A DNA stretch of 64,000 nucleotides from contig NC_091290.1 of NCBI RefSeq assembly GCF_032444005.1, forward strand, positions 62,558,001 through 62,622,000. Reading direction: 5' to 3'. The notes below the pieces were generated by a model, which was given only the letters and a program-made list of their open reading frames with translations, did no database searches and was not told the DNA's origin. The first letter of the stretch is position 1. Each line of letters begins with the position of its first letter. The DNA comes from Ranitomeya imitator. Lineage: Eukaryota. The translations under genes were made by a program, and so were the position numbers. Positions 49,050 to 62,530 of this stretch are shown one piece after another.

Positions 49050-51097
49050 GGGAGTTGAATATGGTGAATTTGCATTTCAAAAGATCCGCTCTTCTCTAAT
49101 AGTGACGCAAAGAATAAATTTGTCTTATCATTTATACCTCACTGTGACTTGTTTAGAAAAAATTTAACAATTCTTGAACTTTTGTTTATTTGTTCAATCT
49201 GCCTTGCAAAAATCAGTAGAAGGCTTTATTCACGTTTATCCTGTGCTTTCCTCTGAGCACTTACCTTGGGTTTCCATTTACATGATAAACAATCTTGATT
49301 TCATCAAAACACCCAACAGAATATTTCCCCTTAATGAGGCAGATGGAGTCACATTGGGCTTTGTTTGGCCTGTGCATCTTTTTAGTGCACAAAAGTGTGT
49401 TTGACCCTAGTGGTATGTGGCTAAAATGGAAACTGCTGTAACAGAAGCCAGATGAACTACAAATTGACACTATTTATATCTCCTTGTAGTGTGTGGTTCC
49501 ATTCGATGCTTCAACTTGATCTCATTTTTTTTTAGAGAGGATGAAATTCCTGATGCAAGAACTAGGCATAGATCAGAGGATAATTGTGCACTTAGCTTTA
49601 AAAATGTTAAAAAATGTTCTACACCTCAATAAAGTCCCTATTCAGATTTGTTAGCTTCAAAAAAGAGGTTTTCCACATTACTGGTGCACAAAGGTTCTGG
49701 TAAAGCAATATGGCTCCACCTCCATTAGTAAAAAATCTAGTGAATATTGAGCTCCAAAATCCAAATGGTGCCCTCTCATCTCAGTCTCACAGTTAGCAAT
49801 CACATATATGGTATAAAAGTAGGGGTAACAGTCGACTAACAATTTTCCAGAGGCACTGGTGGAAATATTGGCAGTTGTCTCGCTAGTATCATTTATGTGT
49901 GGTTATGTGAGTGGATACTCTACCACTCTGTCTTCACATTTGAGTGTGTCACGTTAGTCTCTGACAGTGCCCACGTAGTCGGGTAGGGTTTGGACTGGGT
50001 AACTTTCCTTGGCTTAGCATCTGTCTCCTTCATGTGGGCGGTTAGCACAGTTGAGTTACAAAAAGTCCAATCCTTAGGCTATACTTCTCTAGGAAAGCGA
50101 CAGGGTTGTACACCTAGCGTCCCCTGTGTTCTCTTCCTTGACTCAGCATTTGCTTTATTACCCAAGTCTGGTTAGTACAATCTCCTTGGAGAGCAAGCTT
50201 AACCCACGTGCTAGTACCCATTTAAGTGGGTTTAGTAAATTGCTTACTTTTTACAGTACCTCTCTGTGCAGTAATGGAGCTGGGTTCTCTGAGTTCTGGT
50301 CACACTGTGTGACATTTAACACAATACGTTTAAGTTGATCGCTTGCTGTTTTGTCCCACTATTGTTCACTACCAGCAATTATTCATCTCTGCAAAGTGGA
50401 CCCCGGGTTGTGATTGCACTTTATTATTTATTTTTATTTAGTGCAATCCGCCAACCGTAACAGTGTATTACAATGCTTATCGATTGCCATCTTCCCTGGT
50501 TTCCAGTGCCGTCCCAATCCCCTTCTGGCCCACATGACCTAAGAACAAATTATCCGGCTCATACAGGGGTATGTGTTTGAAAATTGCTTTCTCACTGTAA
50601 GTCTATGGAGCTTTATTCTGAGACTCTATAGGATTACACTGATCTTTCTCTGTTTGAAGAAGTAGGATTGGTCGTGTGTTACTGTAACAACTCTGGAGAC
50701 TGGAGAAGACAGCAATCGGTAAGTATTTGAACACACATACGCATCTTTAATTAGGACGGACACCAAAATATACATTTCGATGATGCATTTGCTTGGTGTT
50801 TTTTTATACTTTGAGTATGTGTATATATATATACAGTGGGGCAAAAAAGTATTTAGTCAGTCAGCAATAGTGCAAGTTCCACCACTTAAAAAGATGAGAG
50901 GCGTCTGTAATTTACATCATAGGTAGACCTCAACTATGGGAGACAAACTGAGAAAAAAAAATCCAGAAAATCACATTGTCTGTTTTTTTAACATTTTATT
51001 TGCATATTATGGTGGAAAATAAGTATTTGGTCAGAAACAAAATTTCATCTCAATACTTAGTAATATTTCCTTTGTTGGCAATGACAGAGGTCAAACA

Positions 51098-52072
51098 TTA
51101 TCTGTAAGTCTTCACAAGGTTGCCACACACTGTTGTTGGTATGTTGGCCCATTCCTCCATGCAGATCTCCTCTAGAGCAGTGATATTTTTGGCTTTTCGC
51201 TTGGCAACACGGACTTTCAACTCCCTCCAAAGGTTTTCTATAGGGTTGAGATCTGGAGACTGGCTAGGCCACTCCAGGACCTTGAAATGCTTCTTACGAA
51301 GCCACTCCTTCGTTGCCCTGGTGGTGTGCTTTGGATCATTGTCATGTTGAAAGACCCAGCCACGTTTCATCTTCAATGCCCTTGCTGATGGAAGGAGGTT
51401 TGCACTCAAAATCTCACGATACATGGCCCCATTCATTCTTTCATGTACCCGGATCAGTCGTCCTGGCCCCTTTGCAGAGAAACAGCCCCAAAGCATGATG
51501 TTTCCACCACCATGCTTTACAGTAGGTATGGTGTTTGATGGATGCAACTCAGTATTCTTTTTCCTCCAAACACGACAAGTTGTGTTTCTACCAAACAGTT
51601 CCAGTTTGGTTTCATCAGACCATAGGACATTCTCCCAATACTCCTCTGGATCATCCAAATGCTCTCTAGCAAACTTCAGACGGGCCCAGACATGTACTGG
51701 CTTAAGCAGTGGGACACGTCTGGCACTGCAGGATCTGAGTCCATGGTGGCGTAGTGTGTTATTTATGGTAGGCCTTGTTACATTGGTCCCAGCTCTCTGC
51801 AGTTCATTCACTAGGTCCCCCCGCGTGGTTCTGGGATTTTTGCTCAACGTTCTTGTGATCATTCTGACCCCACGGGGTGGGATTTTGCGTGGAGCCCCAG
51901 ATCGAGGGAGATTATCAGTGGTCTTGTATGTCTTCCATTTTCTAATTATTGCTCCCACTGTTGATTTCTTCACTCCAAGCTGGTTGGCTATTGCAGATTC
52001 AGTCCTCCCAGCCTGGTGCAGGGCTACAATTTTGTTTCTGGTGTCCTTTGACAGCTCTTTGGTCTTCACCAT
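51098..52072 (-). CDS. Tc1 DD34E transposase, 324 aa, nearly intact
   Basis: MVKTKELS..., [42 protein letters not shown]. Early TAA after VKTYR; the frame continues (CLTSVIANKGNITKY) to a later stop. Confidence 0.9.
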   Translation of the reverse strand: MVKTKELSKDTRNKIVALHQAGRTESAIANQLGVKKSTVGAIIRKWKTYKTTDNLPRSGAPRKIPPRGVRMITRTLSKNPRTTRGDLVNELQRAGTNVTRPTINNTLRHHGLRSCSARRVPLLKPVHVWARLKFAREHLDDPEEYWENVLWSDETKLELFGRNTTCRVWRKKNTELHPSNTIPTVKHGGGNIMLWGCFSAKGPGRLIRVHERMNGAMYREILSANLLPSARALKMKRGWVFQHDNDPKHTTRATKEWLRKKHFKVLEWPSQSPDLNPIENLWRELKVRVAKRKAKNITALEEICMEEWANIPTTVCGNLVKTYR

Positions 52073-52669
52073 AGTGGAGTTTGGAGTCAGACTGTTTGAG
52101 GGTGTGCACAGGTGTCTTTTTATACTGATAACAAGTTTAAACAGGTGCCATTACTACAGGTAATGAGTGGAGGAAAGAGGAGACTCTTAACCCCTTTACC
52201 CCCAAGGGTGGTTTGCACGTTAATGACCAGGCCAATTTTTACAATTCTGACCACTGTCCCTTTATGAGGTTATAACTCCGAAACACTTCAACGGATCCTG
52301 GTGATTCTGACATTGTTTTCTCGTGACATATTGTACTTCATGATAGTGGTAAAATTTCTTTGATAGTACCTGCGTTTATTTGTGAAAAAAACGGAAATTT
52401 GGCGAAAATTTTGAAAATTTCGCAATTTTCAAACTTTGAATTTTTATGCAATTAAATCACAGAGATATGTCACACAAAATACTTAATAAGTAACATTTCC
52501 CACATGTCTTCTTTACATCAGCATAATTTTGGAACCAATTTTTTTTTTTGTTAGGGAGTTATAAGGGTTAAAAGTTGACCAGCAATTTCTCATTTTTACA
52601 ACACCATTTTTTTTTAGGGACCACGTCTCATTTAAAGTCATTTTGAGGGGTCTATATGATAGAAAATGC

Positions 52670-55015
52670 CCAAGTGTGACACCATTCTAAAAACTGCACC
52701 CCTCAAGGTGCTCAAAACCACATTCAAGAAGTTTATTAACCCTTCAGGTGTTTAATAGGAATTTTTGGAATGTTTAAATAAAAATGAACATTTAACTTTT
52801 TTACACAAAAAATTTACTTCAGCTCCAATTTGTTTTATTTTACCAAGGGTAACAGGAGAAATTGGACCCAAAAAGTTGTTGTCCAATTTGTCCTGAGTAC
52901 GCTGATACCCCATATGTGGCAGTAAACCACTGTTTGGGCGCATGGGAGAGCTCGGAAGGGAAGGAGCGCTATTTGACTTTTCAATGCAAAATTGACAGGA
53001 ATTGAGATGGGACGCCATGTTGCGTTTGGAGAGCCACTGATGTGCCTAAACATTGAAACCCCCCACAAGTGACACCATTTTGGAAAGTAGACCCCCTAAG
53101 GAACTTATCTGGATGTGTGGTGAGCACTTTGACCCACCAAGTGCTTCACAGAAGTTTATAATGCAGAACCGTAAAAATAAAAAATCATATTTTTTCACAA
53201 AAATTATATTTTTGCCCCCAATTTTTTATTTTTCCAAGGGTAAGAGAAGAAATTGGACCACAAAAGTTGTTGTCCAATTTGTCCTGAGTACGCTGATACC
53301 CCATATGTGGCAGTAAACCACTGTTTGGGCGCATGGGAGAGCTCGGAAGGGAAGGAGCGCAGTTTGACTTTTCAATGCAAAATTGACAGAAATTGAGATG
53401 GGACGCCATGTTGCGTTTGGAGAGCCACTGATGTGCCTAAACATTGAAACCCCCCACAAGTGACACCATTTTGGAAAGTAGACCCCCTAAGGAACTTATC
53501 TAGAGGTGTGGTGAGCACTTTGACCCACCAAGTGCTTCACAGAAGTTTATAATGCAGAACCGTAAAAATAAAAAATCATATTTTTTCACAAAAATTATAT
53601 TTTTGCCCCCAATTTTTTATTTTTCCAAGGGTAAGAGAAGAAATTGGACCTCAAAAGTTGTTGTCCAATTTGTCCCGAGTACGCTGATACCCCATATGTG
53701 GCAGTAAACCACTGTTTGGGCGCATGGGAGAGCTCGGAAGGGAAGGAGCGCCGTTTGACTTTTCAATGCAAAATTGACAGGAATTGAGATGGGACGCCAT
53801 GTTGCGTTTGGAGAGCCACTGATGTGCCTAAACATTGAAACCCCCCACAAGTGACACCATTTTGGAAAGTAGACCCCCTAAGGAACTTATCTAGAGGTGT
53901 GGTGAGCACTTTGACCCACCAAGGGCTTCACAGAAGTTTATAATGCAGAGCCATAAAAATAAAACAAAATTTTTTTCCCACAAAAATTATTTTTTAGCCC
54001 CCAGTTTTGTATTTTCCCTAGGGTAACAGGAGAAATTGGACCCCAAAAGTTGTTGTCCAATTTGTCCTGAGTACGCTGATACCCCATATGTGGGGGGGGA
54101 ACCACCGTTTGGGCGCATGGGAGGGTTCGGAAGGGAAGGAGCGCCATTTGGAATGCAGACTTAGATGGAATGGTTTGCAGGCGTCACATTGCGTTTGCAG
54201 AGCCCCTAATGTACCTAAACAGTAGAAACCCCCCACAAGTGACACCATTTTGGAAAGTAGACCCCCTAAGGAACTCATCTTGATGTGTTGTGAGAGCTTT
54301 GAACCCCCAAGTATTTCACTACAGTTTATAACGCAGAGCCGTGCAAATAAAAAATATTTTTTTTTCCACAAAAATTATATTTTAGCCCCCAGTTTTGTAT
54401 TTTTCCAAGGTTAGCAGGAGAAATTGGACCCTAAATGTTGTTGTCCAATTTGTCCTGAGTACGCTGATACCCGATATGTGGGGGGGAACCACCGTTTGGG
54501 CGCATGGGAGGGCTCGGAAGGGAAGGAGCATCATTTGGAATGCAGACTTAGATGGATTGGTCTGCAGGCGTCACATTGCGTTTGCAGAGCCCCTAATGTA
54601 CCTAAACAGTAGAAACCCCCCACAAGTGACCCCATATTGGAAACTAGACCCCTCAATGAACTTATCTAGATGTGTTGTGAGAACTTTGAACCCCCAAGTG
54701 TTTCACTACAGTTTATAACGCAGAGCCGTGAAAATAAAAAATCTTTTTGTTTTCCCACAAAAATTATTTTTTAGCCCCCAGTTTTGTATTTTCCCAAGGG
54801 TAACAGGAGAAATTGGTCCACAAAAGTTGTTGTCCAATTTGTCCTGAGTACGCTGATACCCCATATGTTGGGGTAAACCCCTGTTTGGGCACACAGGAGA
54901 GCTCGGAAGGGAAGGAGCACTGTTTTACTTTTTCAACGCAGAATTGGCTGGAATTGAGATCGGACGCCATGTCGTGTTTGGAGAGCCCCTGATGTGCCGA
55001 AACAGTGGAAACCCC
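52670..55015. repeat. ~390-bp tandem array, about 6 units
   Basis: ATTGG anchor at 52861, 53252, 53643, 54035, 54423, 54812 (spacing 388-392). Confidence 0.92.
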
Positions 55016-55027
55016 CCAATTATAACT

Positions 55028-55181
55028 GAAACCCTAATCTAAACACACCCCTAACCCTAATTCCAACGGTAACCCTAACCACACCTCTAACCCTGACACA
55101 CCCCTAACCCTAATCCCAACCCTATTCCCAACTGTAAATGTAATCTAAACCCTAACCCTAACTTTAGCCCCAACCCTAACT
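55028..55181 (+). repeat. Degenerate telomere-like (CCCTAA)n array running into the assembly gap
   Basis: Visible hexamers; GCCCTAA reappears after the gap. Confidence 0.8.
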
Positions 55182-55484
55182 NNNNNNNNNNNNNNNNNNN
55201 NNNNNNNNNNNNNNNNNNNNNNNNNNNNNNNNNNNNNNNNNNNNNNNNNNNNNNNNNNNNNNNNNNNNNNNNNNNNNNNNNNNNNNNNNNNNNNNNNNNN
55301 NNNNNNNNNNNNNNNNNNNNNNNNNNNNNNNNNNNNNNNNNNNNNNNNNNNNNNNNNNNNNNNNNNNNNNNNNNNNNNNNNNNNNNNNNNNNNNNNNNNN
55401 NNNNNNNNNNNNNNNNNNNNNNNNNNNNNNNNNNNNNNNNNNNNNNNNNNNNNNNNNNNNNNNNNNNNNNNNNNNNNNNNNNNN
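55182..55484. other. Assembly gap (303 N)
   Basis: Run of N. Confidence 1.
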
Positions 55485-57920
55485 GCCCTAATGGGAAAAT
55501 GGAAATAAATACATTTTTTTTTATTTTTCCCTAACTAAGGGGGTGATGAAGGGGGGTTTGATTTACTTTTATAGCGGGTTTTTTAGCGGATTTTTATGAT
55601 TGGCAGCCGTCACACACTGAAAGACCCTTTTTATTGCAAAAAATATTTTTTGCAATACCACATTTTGAGAGCTATAATTTTTCCATATTTTGGTCCACAG
55701 AGTCATGTGAGGTCTTGTTTTTTGCGGGACGAGTTGACGTTTTTATTGAAAACATTTTTGGGCACGTGACATTTTTTTATCGCTTTTTATTCCGATGTTT
55801 GTGAGGAAGAATGACCAAAAGCCAGCTATTCATGAATTTCTATTGGGGGAGGCGTTTATACCGTTCTGCGTTTGGTAAAATTGATAAATCAGTTTTATTC
55901 TTCGGGTCAGTACGATTACAGCGATACCTCATTTATATCATTTTTTTATGGTTTGGTGCTTTTATACGATAAAAACTATTTTACAGAAAAAATAATTATT
56001 TTTGCATCGCTTTATTCTCAGGACTATAACTTTTTTATTTTTTTGCTGATGATGCTGTATGGCGGCTCTTTTTTTGCGGGACAATATGACGCTTTCAGCG
56101 GTACCATGGTTATTTATATCTGTCCTTTTGATCGCGTGTTATTCCACTTTTTGTTCGGCGGTATGATAATAAAGCGTTGTTTTTTGCCTCGTTTTTTTTT
56201 TTTTTTTCTTACGGTGTTTACTGAAGGGGTTAACTAGTGGGACAGTTTTATAGGTCGGGTCGTTACGGACGCGGCGATACTAAATATGTGTACTTTTATT
56301 GTTTTTTTTTTTTTATTTAGATGAAGAAATGTATTTATGGGAATAATATTTTTTTTTTTTTTTTTCATTATTTTGGAATATTTTTTTTTATTTTTTTTAC
56401 ACATTTGGAAAAATTTTTTTTTACTTTTTTACTTTGTCCCAGGGGGGGACATCACAGATCAGTGATCTGACAGTTTGCACAGCACTCTGTCAGATCACTG
56501 ATCTGACATGCAGCGCTGCAGCCTTCACAGTGCCTGCTCTAAGCAGGCTCTGTGAAGCCACCTCCCTCCCTGCAGGACCCGGATCCGCGGCCATCTTGGA
56601 TCCGGGGCTCGAGCAGGGAGGGAGGTGAGGAGACCCTCACAGCAACGCGATCACATCGCGTTGCTGTGGGGGGCTCAGGGAAGCCCGCAGGGAGCCCCCT
56701 CCCTGCGCGGTGCTTCCCTGCACCGCCGGCACATCGCGATCATCTTTGATCGCGGTGTGCCAGGGGTTAATGTGCCGGGGGCGGTCCGTGACCGCTCCTG
56801 GCACATAGTGCCGGATGTCAGCTGCGATAAGCAGCTGACACCCGGCCGCGATCGGCCGCGCTCCCCCCGTGAGCGCGGCCGATCGGCTATGACGTACTAT
56901 CCCGTCCAGGGTCAGATAAGCCCAGGGCACCTCGACGGGATAGTACGTCTAAGGTCACAGAGGGGTTAAAGATGAAGTTACAGGTCTGTGAGAGCCAGAA
57001 ATCTTGATTGTTTGTTTCTGACCAAATACTTATTTTCCACCATAATATGCAAATAAAATGTTAAAAAAACAGACAATGTGATTTTCTGGATTTTTTTTTC
57101 TCAGTTTGTCTCCCATAGTTGAGGTCTACCTATGATGTAAATTACAGACGCCTCTCATCTTTTTAAGTGGTGGAACTTGCACTATTGCTGACTGACTAAA
57201 TACTTTTTTTGCCCCACTGTATATATATATTTATATATATATATACACAGTATATATATATATATATATATATATAATATCTTCTTATAGAACCTTACTC
57301 ATTGTATTGTCTACATTAACAACTGCAGTCAATGTAACAGTGCTTATGGTGTTGCGCCTACTGTAATTATCGAGATCATTAAGTCTCCTCTAATGAACTC
57401 TACTTACTCCTATGTACATTTGTGTATTTTCCATTGTTCATTTTGCCAATATGCTTTGTGGATGTAAGAGTTATTGCAATGTGTAACCTAGTCTTAATGT
57501 ATTAACTACCTCATTTAAACTGGTCTTTTACATCCATTTGTATTTGACCTCTTTAACCACTTGACTTAGTCAAATGACATGCTAGCAAACATGTAGTACT
57601 AGTTTGATTTATTATCACTTAGAAACATTGTATGGAATTTTTAAGAACTCATGCCAAGCATATTTTTACTACGAGCAATACGCATTCCTTACTGAAATTT
57701 CTGCACCATTTGAATGAAGTCTTTTATTATTTAAAATAGTTTACCTCTTTCGAAAAATCTTCATCTGAGACTGCAGATTGTTATAAAACAACAAAGTGCT
57801 CTTTATTCTTCATTTCTGGGTCCAGCGCTGAGTCTTTGGTACTGCACATGCTTCCCATATTTTTTGTGGCACTAACATCACATCAGAAGTGTGGCAGCCA
57901 ATCAGTGAGCTCAGTGGCAC

Positions 57921-58475
57921 TGTGTCGTGTCACTCAGGACGCGATACTGCAGTGACCACTAGGCAGTGCTGCGGCGCAGGAGGCAAAACCTTAGGATCTG
58001 CTGGAAAGCAGGGCCGACACTGCAAATATGTGGTGTTACCAAGCCGGTGAGGAGAACACCAGTTACCCGGGACCTGGACCGAGGACATGAGAGGTGCCGG
58101 ATGCAGTCCAGGCAATGGAGACCTGCGGTCGTGAGTGGCAAACAAGAGGGAATGATGAGACCATGGTGAGTGACAAGCCAGGGGGTTGAGAGCCAGCCGG
58201 AAGCATAGTGACACAAGGAGGAGATGGAGACCAAGTCAGGGGCAAGCAAAGGGGTCAGAAGCCTGAGAAGATGGAGCAGTACCAAATCAGAGGATGGAGA
58301 AACAGGTCAAGAAACGAGCAGTCATACACGTGGGAGCCAAGCATACACAGAGGTGTAGGGCAGGGGCACAGGGAAACTAGGCAGACCCTACACAGGAAGA
58401 TTAGGAACAATAGAATCACATAGAGTAACCTAGGTCAGCTGTTCTAGCCGTGGGACCGGAACTATCACCGACACA
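57921..58475. mobile_element. Probable LTR-type remnant
   Basis: TGTGTCG...CGACACA inverted termini; GC/purine-rich interior; no TSD found. Confidence 0.35.
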
Positions 58476-60443
58476 GAATAATTGACACTTGGAGTAGTGC
58501 CAGTGACTCAGCACTGGATTTGGGGACAAGCCCTTTAATTCTAGTACTTAGGAAAATATGTAAACAGTTTCACTGTAGATTATTTGCATTGCCATTCTTT
58601 TACTTTGATAAATTTTTCAAGTAACTATTTTTGTCATTGAAGTTCACATTTTCTTATTGTATTTATGAATCATGATAGTGGTCTTTCAGTAACTATTATG
58701 AGCAGTATTTTTCCATTCTTTATTAATCATAAGCACATTGCGAAATGATCATTTCAAGTTCATCTTTAATATTTGAGTGGGTTTTAATACTTTCTTTTAT
58801 GGGTATAATGGAAGTTAAATGAATGTATATTTGTGTTATGACTGCAGTACTAAAAGGTCAATTTGTCAATGTAGCAAATTAATTTATTTTTTACACAATG
58901 TATCCTGATTTACAATGTTAATGAATTAGTCTAAAGACTGAGGGTAAATTGATGGAAATTTCCTAGCTCAAATTAAATCTCCCATTTCGCTTATTATATG
59001 AGTTTCATTCTTTTAACCCTCTGCTGCTCAACCTTATCCTTTTACAAACATGATTCCCATATTCAAATGAATATTTTGGGTCATTTAAGGATGTTTTCTA
59101 GGAAATAAAGAAAACTAAGACATAAAAAAAACATTATTGAAAAATTGATGAATACTTGTCATTGTATATTTGTGTCTAAGGGACAACTAGTAGGTTGTTT
59201 TTTTTAAATGTCTGCATTCATATTACGTAGCATAAAACTCGTCCTAAACACTGCAGGATGGATTGTGACTCCTTCCTTCTCTATAAAAAATAAATAATAT
59301 TATACAATCATAGCAGCTTTCACTTGTTCACAATTGCTTTATTCTATGAGGGGATGTTGGTCTGTTCTTGATTTTGTAGTCTATTATTAGAAATGATTGC
59401 TGCCTCTATATTTGACAGAGCACTCCTCCTTTCAGCCTAAGGCTGTTTTAAATTAGTGCTAGATCCTACCTACCTATCAAATTTGTAGGTTTTTAATTTG
59501 GAAGAGGTATGTTTCATAAATATTAGTTTTAGGGTCTTGCTAGGGAAAGGTACGCCTTGTCATGACTGATAGGTTCTAATGGATTGGCCAAGTTGTGTGC
59601 TAAGTACTCTTAATAAGTATATTCTATATAACAGTAATGCAATGCAAATGTCATATATTCAATATTTACATATGTCTTCGTTCTCATACTGTAGAGGCTG
59701 CTGTATTCTTGTGCCTTATCTAGTCATTATATTATATGACAAAAGACAGGACCATGAAATGATGTAATTACTGTATATCACTCCTGAGAGATGTCGTTTT
59801 CCAAGAAAGGAATACAAATTCATGCACGGTGTTAGAAAGCAACAGCTCCCACAGTAGTCTGCATTTCTTCTCATCTATCCTAATGATGGACGCAGCCAGA
59901 AAAGAGAACCCATGCAAGAACAGTGTATGGGCCCTTCTTTGGGTCTGTGAAAGAGCAGGCTTGCAAATTTGAAGATGAAAGTGGACCCCCTTACCTCTTA
60001 TGCACTGTTTTGACAACATAGGTTGCGCCAAGGATATGGCCTCCTCTGGACTATCCTTCTCACTTCTCGCAATGTGTGGGTGAATAACTAGAATTGTAAC
60101 AAGTATACCCCATCCTTATGCTGCCCAGATTCCCCAGTTGTATTCAATTTGATATGAAAGATCAATTATACCAATCAAGATAAATGTCAACAGCTTCATG
60201 CCCATCCACACAAACCCCTCCCATGAGGATCAGATTGACAAAAGGTGTGTTCTGTAAAAATAAATAAACCACTTCAGACATATACCGGTAATTTTATCCA
60301 CAGCTCACTAAAAGCAAATCCAACATTACATATTGAAGTTTGATTTTGGCCTTGATGCAAAATCTAAAAATCTATAGGATATTGTACAACAATGGAAACG
60401 TGTCACATTTTTTACCAACTAAACAGATTTGTTTCATTTCCAG

Positions 60444-60506
60444 AACAAAAGCTTGAAAAACAAACTATTGTCGGGAAACAAGATTTGTGGACTTCGTGCT
60501 GAGGAG
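60444..60506 (+). CDS. luzp2: Internal coding exon of leucine zipper protein 2 (63 bp, phase 0-0)
   Basis: Acceptor GTTTCATTTCCAG, donor GAG|GTGAGT. Translates NKSLKNKLLSGNKICGLRAEE, versus human LUZP2 NKSLKNKLLSGNKLCGIHAEE (recalled from memory). Confidence 0.9.
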
Positions 60507-61552
60507 GTGAGTGCACTGATCTTTTCTTTTGACAGCTGAGAGCAAAATTAGTTTATTACACTCTAGTGAAAATTATAATTCGCATATCGTTAATCTTTGT
60601 TCATGCTGATTAATAAGTTGTTTAACCATTTCCTTTCCAAAATGAACAGCTTTGAGTGAATAATGAAAGTATTGTTCTGGTGGAAGGGTACTAAAGATTA
60701 TGCTATTTTTTTTTATTTTAAATGGGTTACATAAGTGTTTTCAAAAGGCATAGAACGTATGCTGTAGTAGTAATAATAACAATAACGATAACAATGATAA
60801 TAAAAGACATACTTACTGGTTCTATCGCAGTGAGTTTAGCACAGGCAGCTTTGGTTTTCATTGCTGAAGTGACCTGCATTAGACCTTCCTGTGTTGTAAA
60901 TGGTGACTGTAGCTTTTTTTAATATGTTATCCAATTCCCTCTGCCTTTTACATTTTTTTGTTTGCAAGTGGATAGCGGGAGAATCCTTTTAATGTTACTC
61001 CCTCCCCTCAAACCCTCTCTCGTAGGTGTGAACAAAACTGAAATTACAACTTACCAGGTGGAGAATGGGAAGTTTAGGTGGGCATACCATTGACTGTTTG
61101 AGTCCAGTTATTTGATGTAGTTGAAGTGATTTGCTGGACCTTTTATACATACTGTATGGCCTCAATTTTGCTCAGTGCAAACAAATATGTATATCTAATA
61201 GTAATTATTGAAAAATTGGACCATATTTATTTTTTTTTCTAAAGCTAATCTCAAGCTTTATACCAATTTGGTCTTGATCTGAACACCTGAATCACATGAG
61301 ATGGGCCAGTTGCTCATAACGCAGTTTCCTGCATATCATAATGAAATTGCTGGCAAAAAGTGTTCCAATGTCACTAAAGTATGACGACTCCATGTGTATG
61401 TGCAAGCATAGAGGTGCAACAATATGAATGTAAGGCAATAACTTTCCAGACAAGTATTTACATAAAATAATGACCTGTACAATCTTAAGGAGTGACAACT
61501 TGTGGGCGCACATATGTGAATCTGCATGGGAAGAGACAATATGGAAAACTGT

Positions 61553-62530
61553 GAAATGAAACAGATAAGACATTACTCTGTAATGCTATAGCATGCAAAC
61601 ATAAAATATGAAAATTGAATTGCATTACTGCACTAGAAATATGGAAAATTGAGAATGCTTAGCGAATAAATTGGCCAATTCATGTGTACCTGACGATTCT
61701 CGTTGCCAGGACCTAATGCCAATCCTCTCTTAGACAGTCTACATTTCTATGGGAGCCTATTGTGAATCCCCTCTTGGACTGAAGTAAATATCTCTGTGGA
61801 GGGGTAGAATCCTGTTAAAATTAAAAACACCTAAGGCTGAGGGGCAGAGTGCTCAATCAGAAGGCTAATATAAACAGCAGAAAAGTTAAAAATGTCTAAG
61901 AGAGGATTGGCAAAAGGTCCTGGCAATGAAAATCGCCTTAACGTGGCTGCCAGGTACACATGAATTGGCCAATTTATGCGCTGAGCATTCTCAATTCTTC
62001 ATATTTCTAGTGCAGTAAGGCAATTCAATTTTCATATTTTATGCTTGCAAGCTATAGTGCTACAGAGTGCTGCCTTATCTGTTTCATTGTATATGAGTTA
62101 GTGACTCTAGGTAAGCAGCACCTGTTCAGATCTGATATATATTTGTATGAGACGGTCAGTTTTTTTATATTTGTATTACCCTTCTGACTGAGCACTCTGC
62201 CCCTCAGTCTTAGGATTCTACCCCTCCACAGAGATATAGACTTCAAAGAGAGAGGATTGGCATTAGGTCCTGGCAATGAGAATTGCCTTAACGTGGCTGC
62301 CAGGTACACATGAATTGGCCAATTTATGCACTAAGTATTCTCAATTTTTCATATTTCTAGTGCAGTAATGCAATTCACTTTTCATATTTTATGTTTGCAT
62401 GTTATGGCGTTACTGAGTGCTGCCTTATCTGTTTCATTGTATATGAGTTGGCGACTCTAGGTAAGCACCTGTTCAGACCCGATTTATGTTTGGATGTGAC
62501 AGTCAGTTTTTTTTTTTTATATTTGTATTG
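61553..62530. repeat. ~350-bp unit in tandem and inverted copies
   Basis: AGAGAGGATTGGCA at 61899 and 62249; 61553-61880 is reverse-complementary to parts of the same unit. Confidence 0.85.

Larger units (their letters stand above)
52191..56965. mobile_element. Non-autonomous piggyBac-type element carrying tandem arrays
   Basis: TTAA|CCCCT...AGGGG|TTAA (52187-52190, 56966-56969); removing it restores the Tc1 5' UTR. Subterminal 16-bp IR GACGTACTATCCCGTC (56891-56949). Confidence 0.85.
50834..57219 (-). mobile_element. Tc1/mariner element (~1.6 kb net) with intact long IRs, interrupted by a 4.8-kb piggyBac-type element
   Basis: TA|CAGTGGGGCAAAAAAGTATTTAGTCAG...CTGACTAAATACTTTTTTTGCCCCACTG|TA; ~210-bp IRs. 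Confidence 0.93.

Noticed and set aside
49525-49620. Acceptor-like TTTTTTTAG|AGAGGATG as a candidate upstream luzp2 exon
   Set aside because: Translation (EDEIPDARTRH) does not match the expected EEMKSLQEALQ and there is no suitable donor.
49947-50462. TGTCACG...CGTAACA as another solo LTR
   Set aside because: LTR-like termini but no matching TSD, so boundaries are unsupported.
55028-55484. True chromosome end at the CCCTAA tract and gap
   Set aside because: The tract is degenerate and enclosed in a TTAA-flanked element, inside a Tc1 that resumes after it.
59768-60031. 87-aa minus-strand ORF near the luzp2 exon
   Set aside because: No recognisable motif or splice signals; may be decayed LINE sequence.
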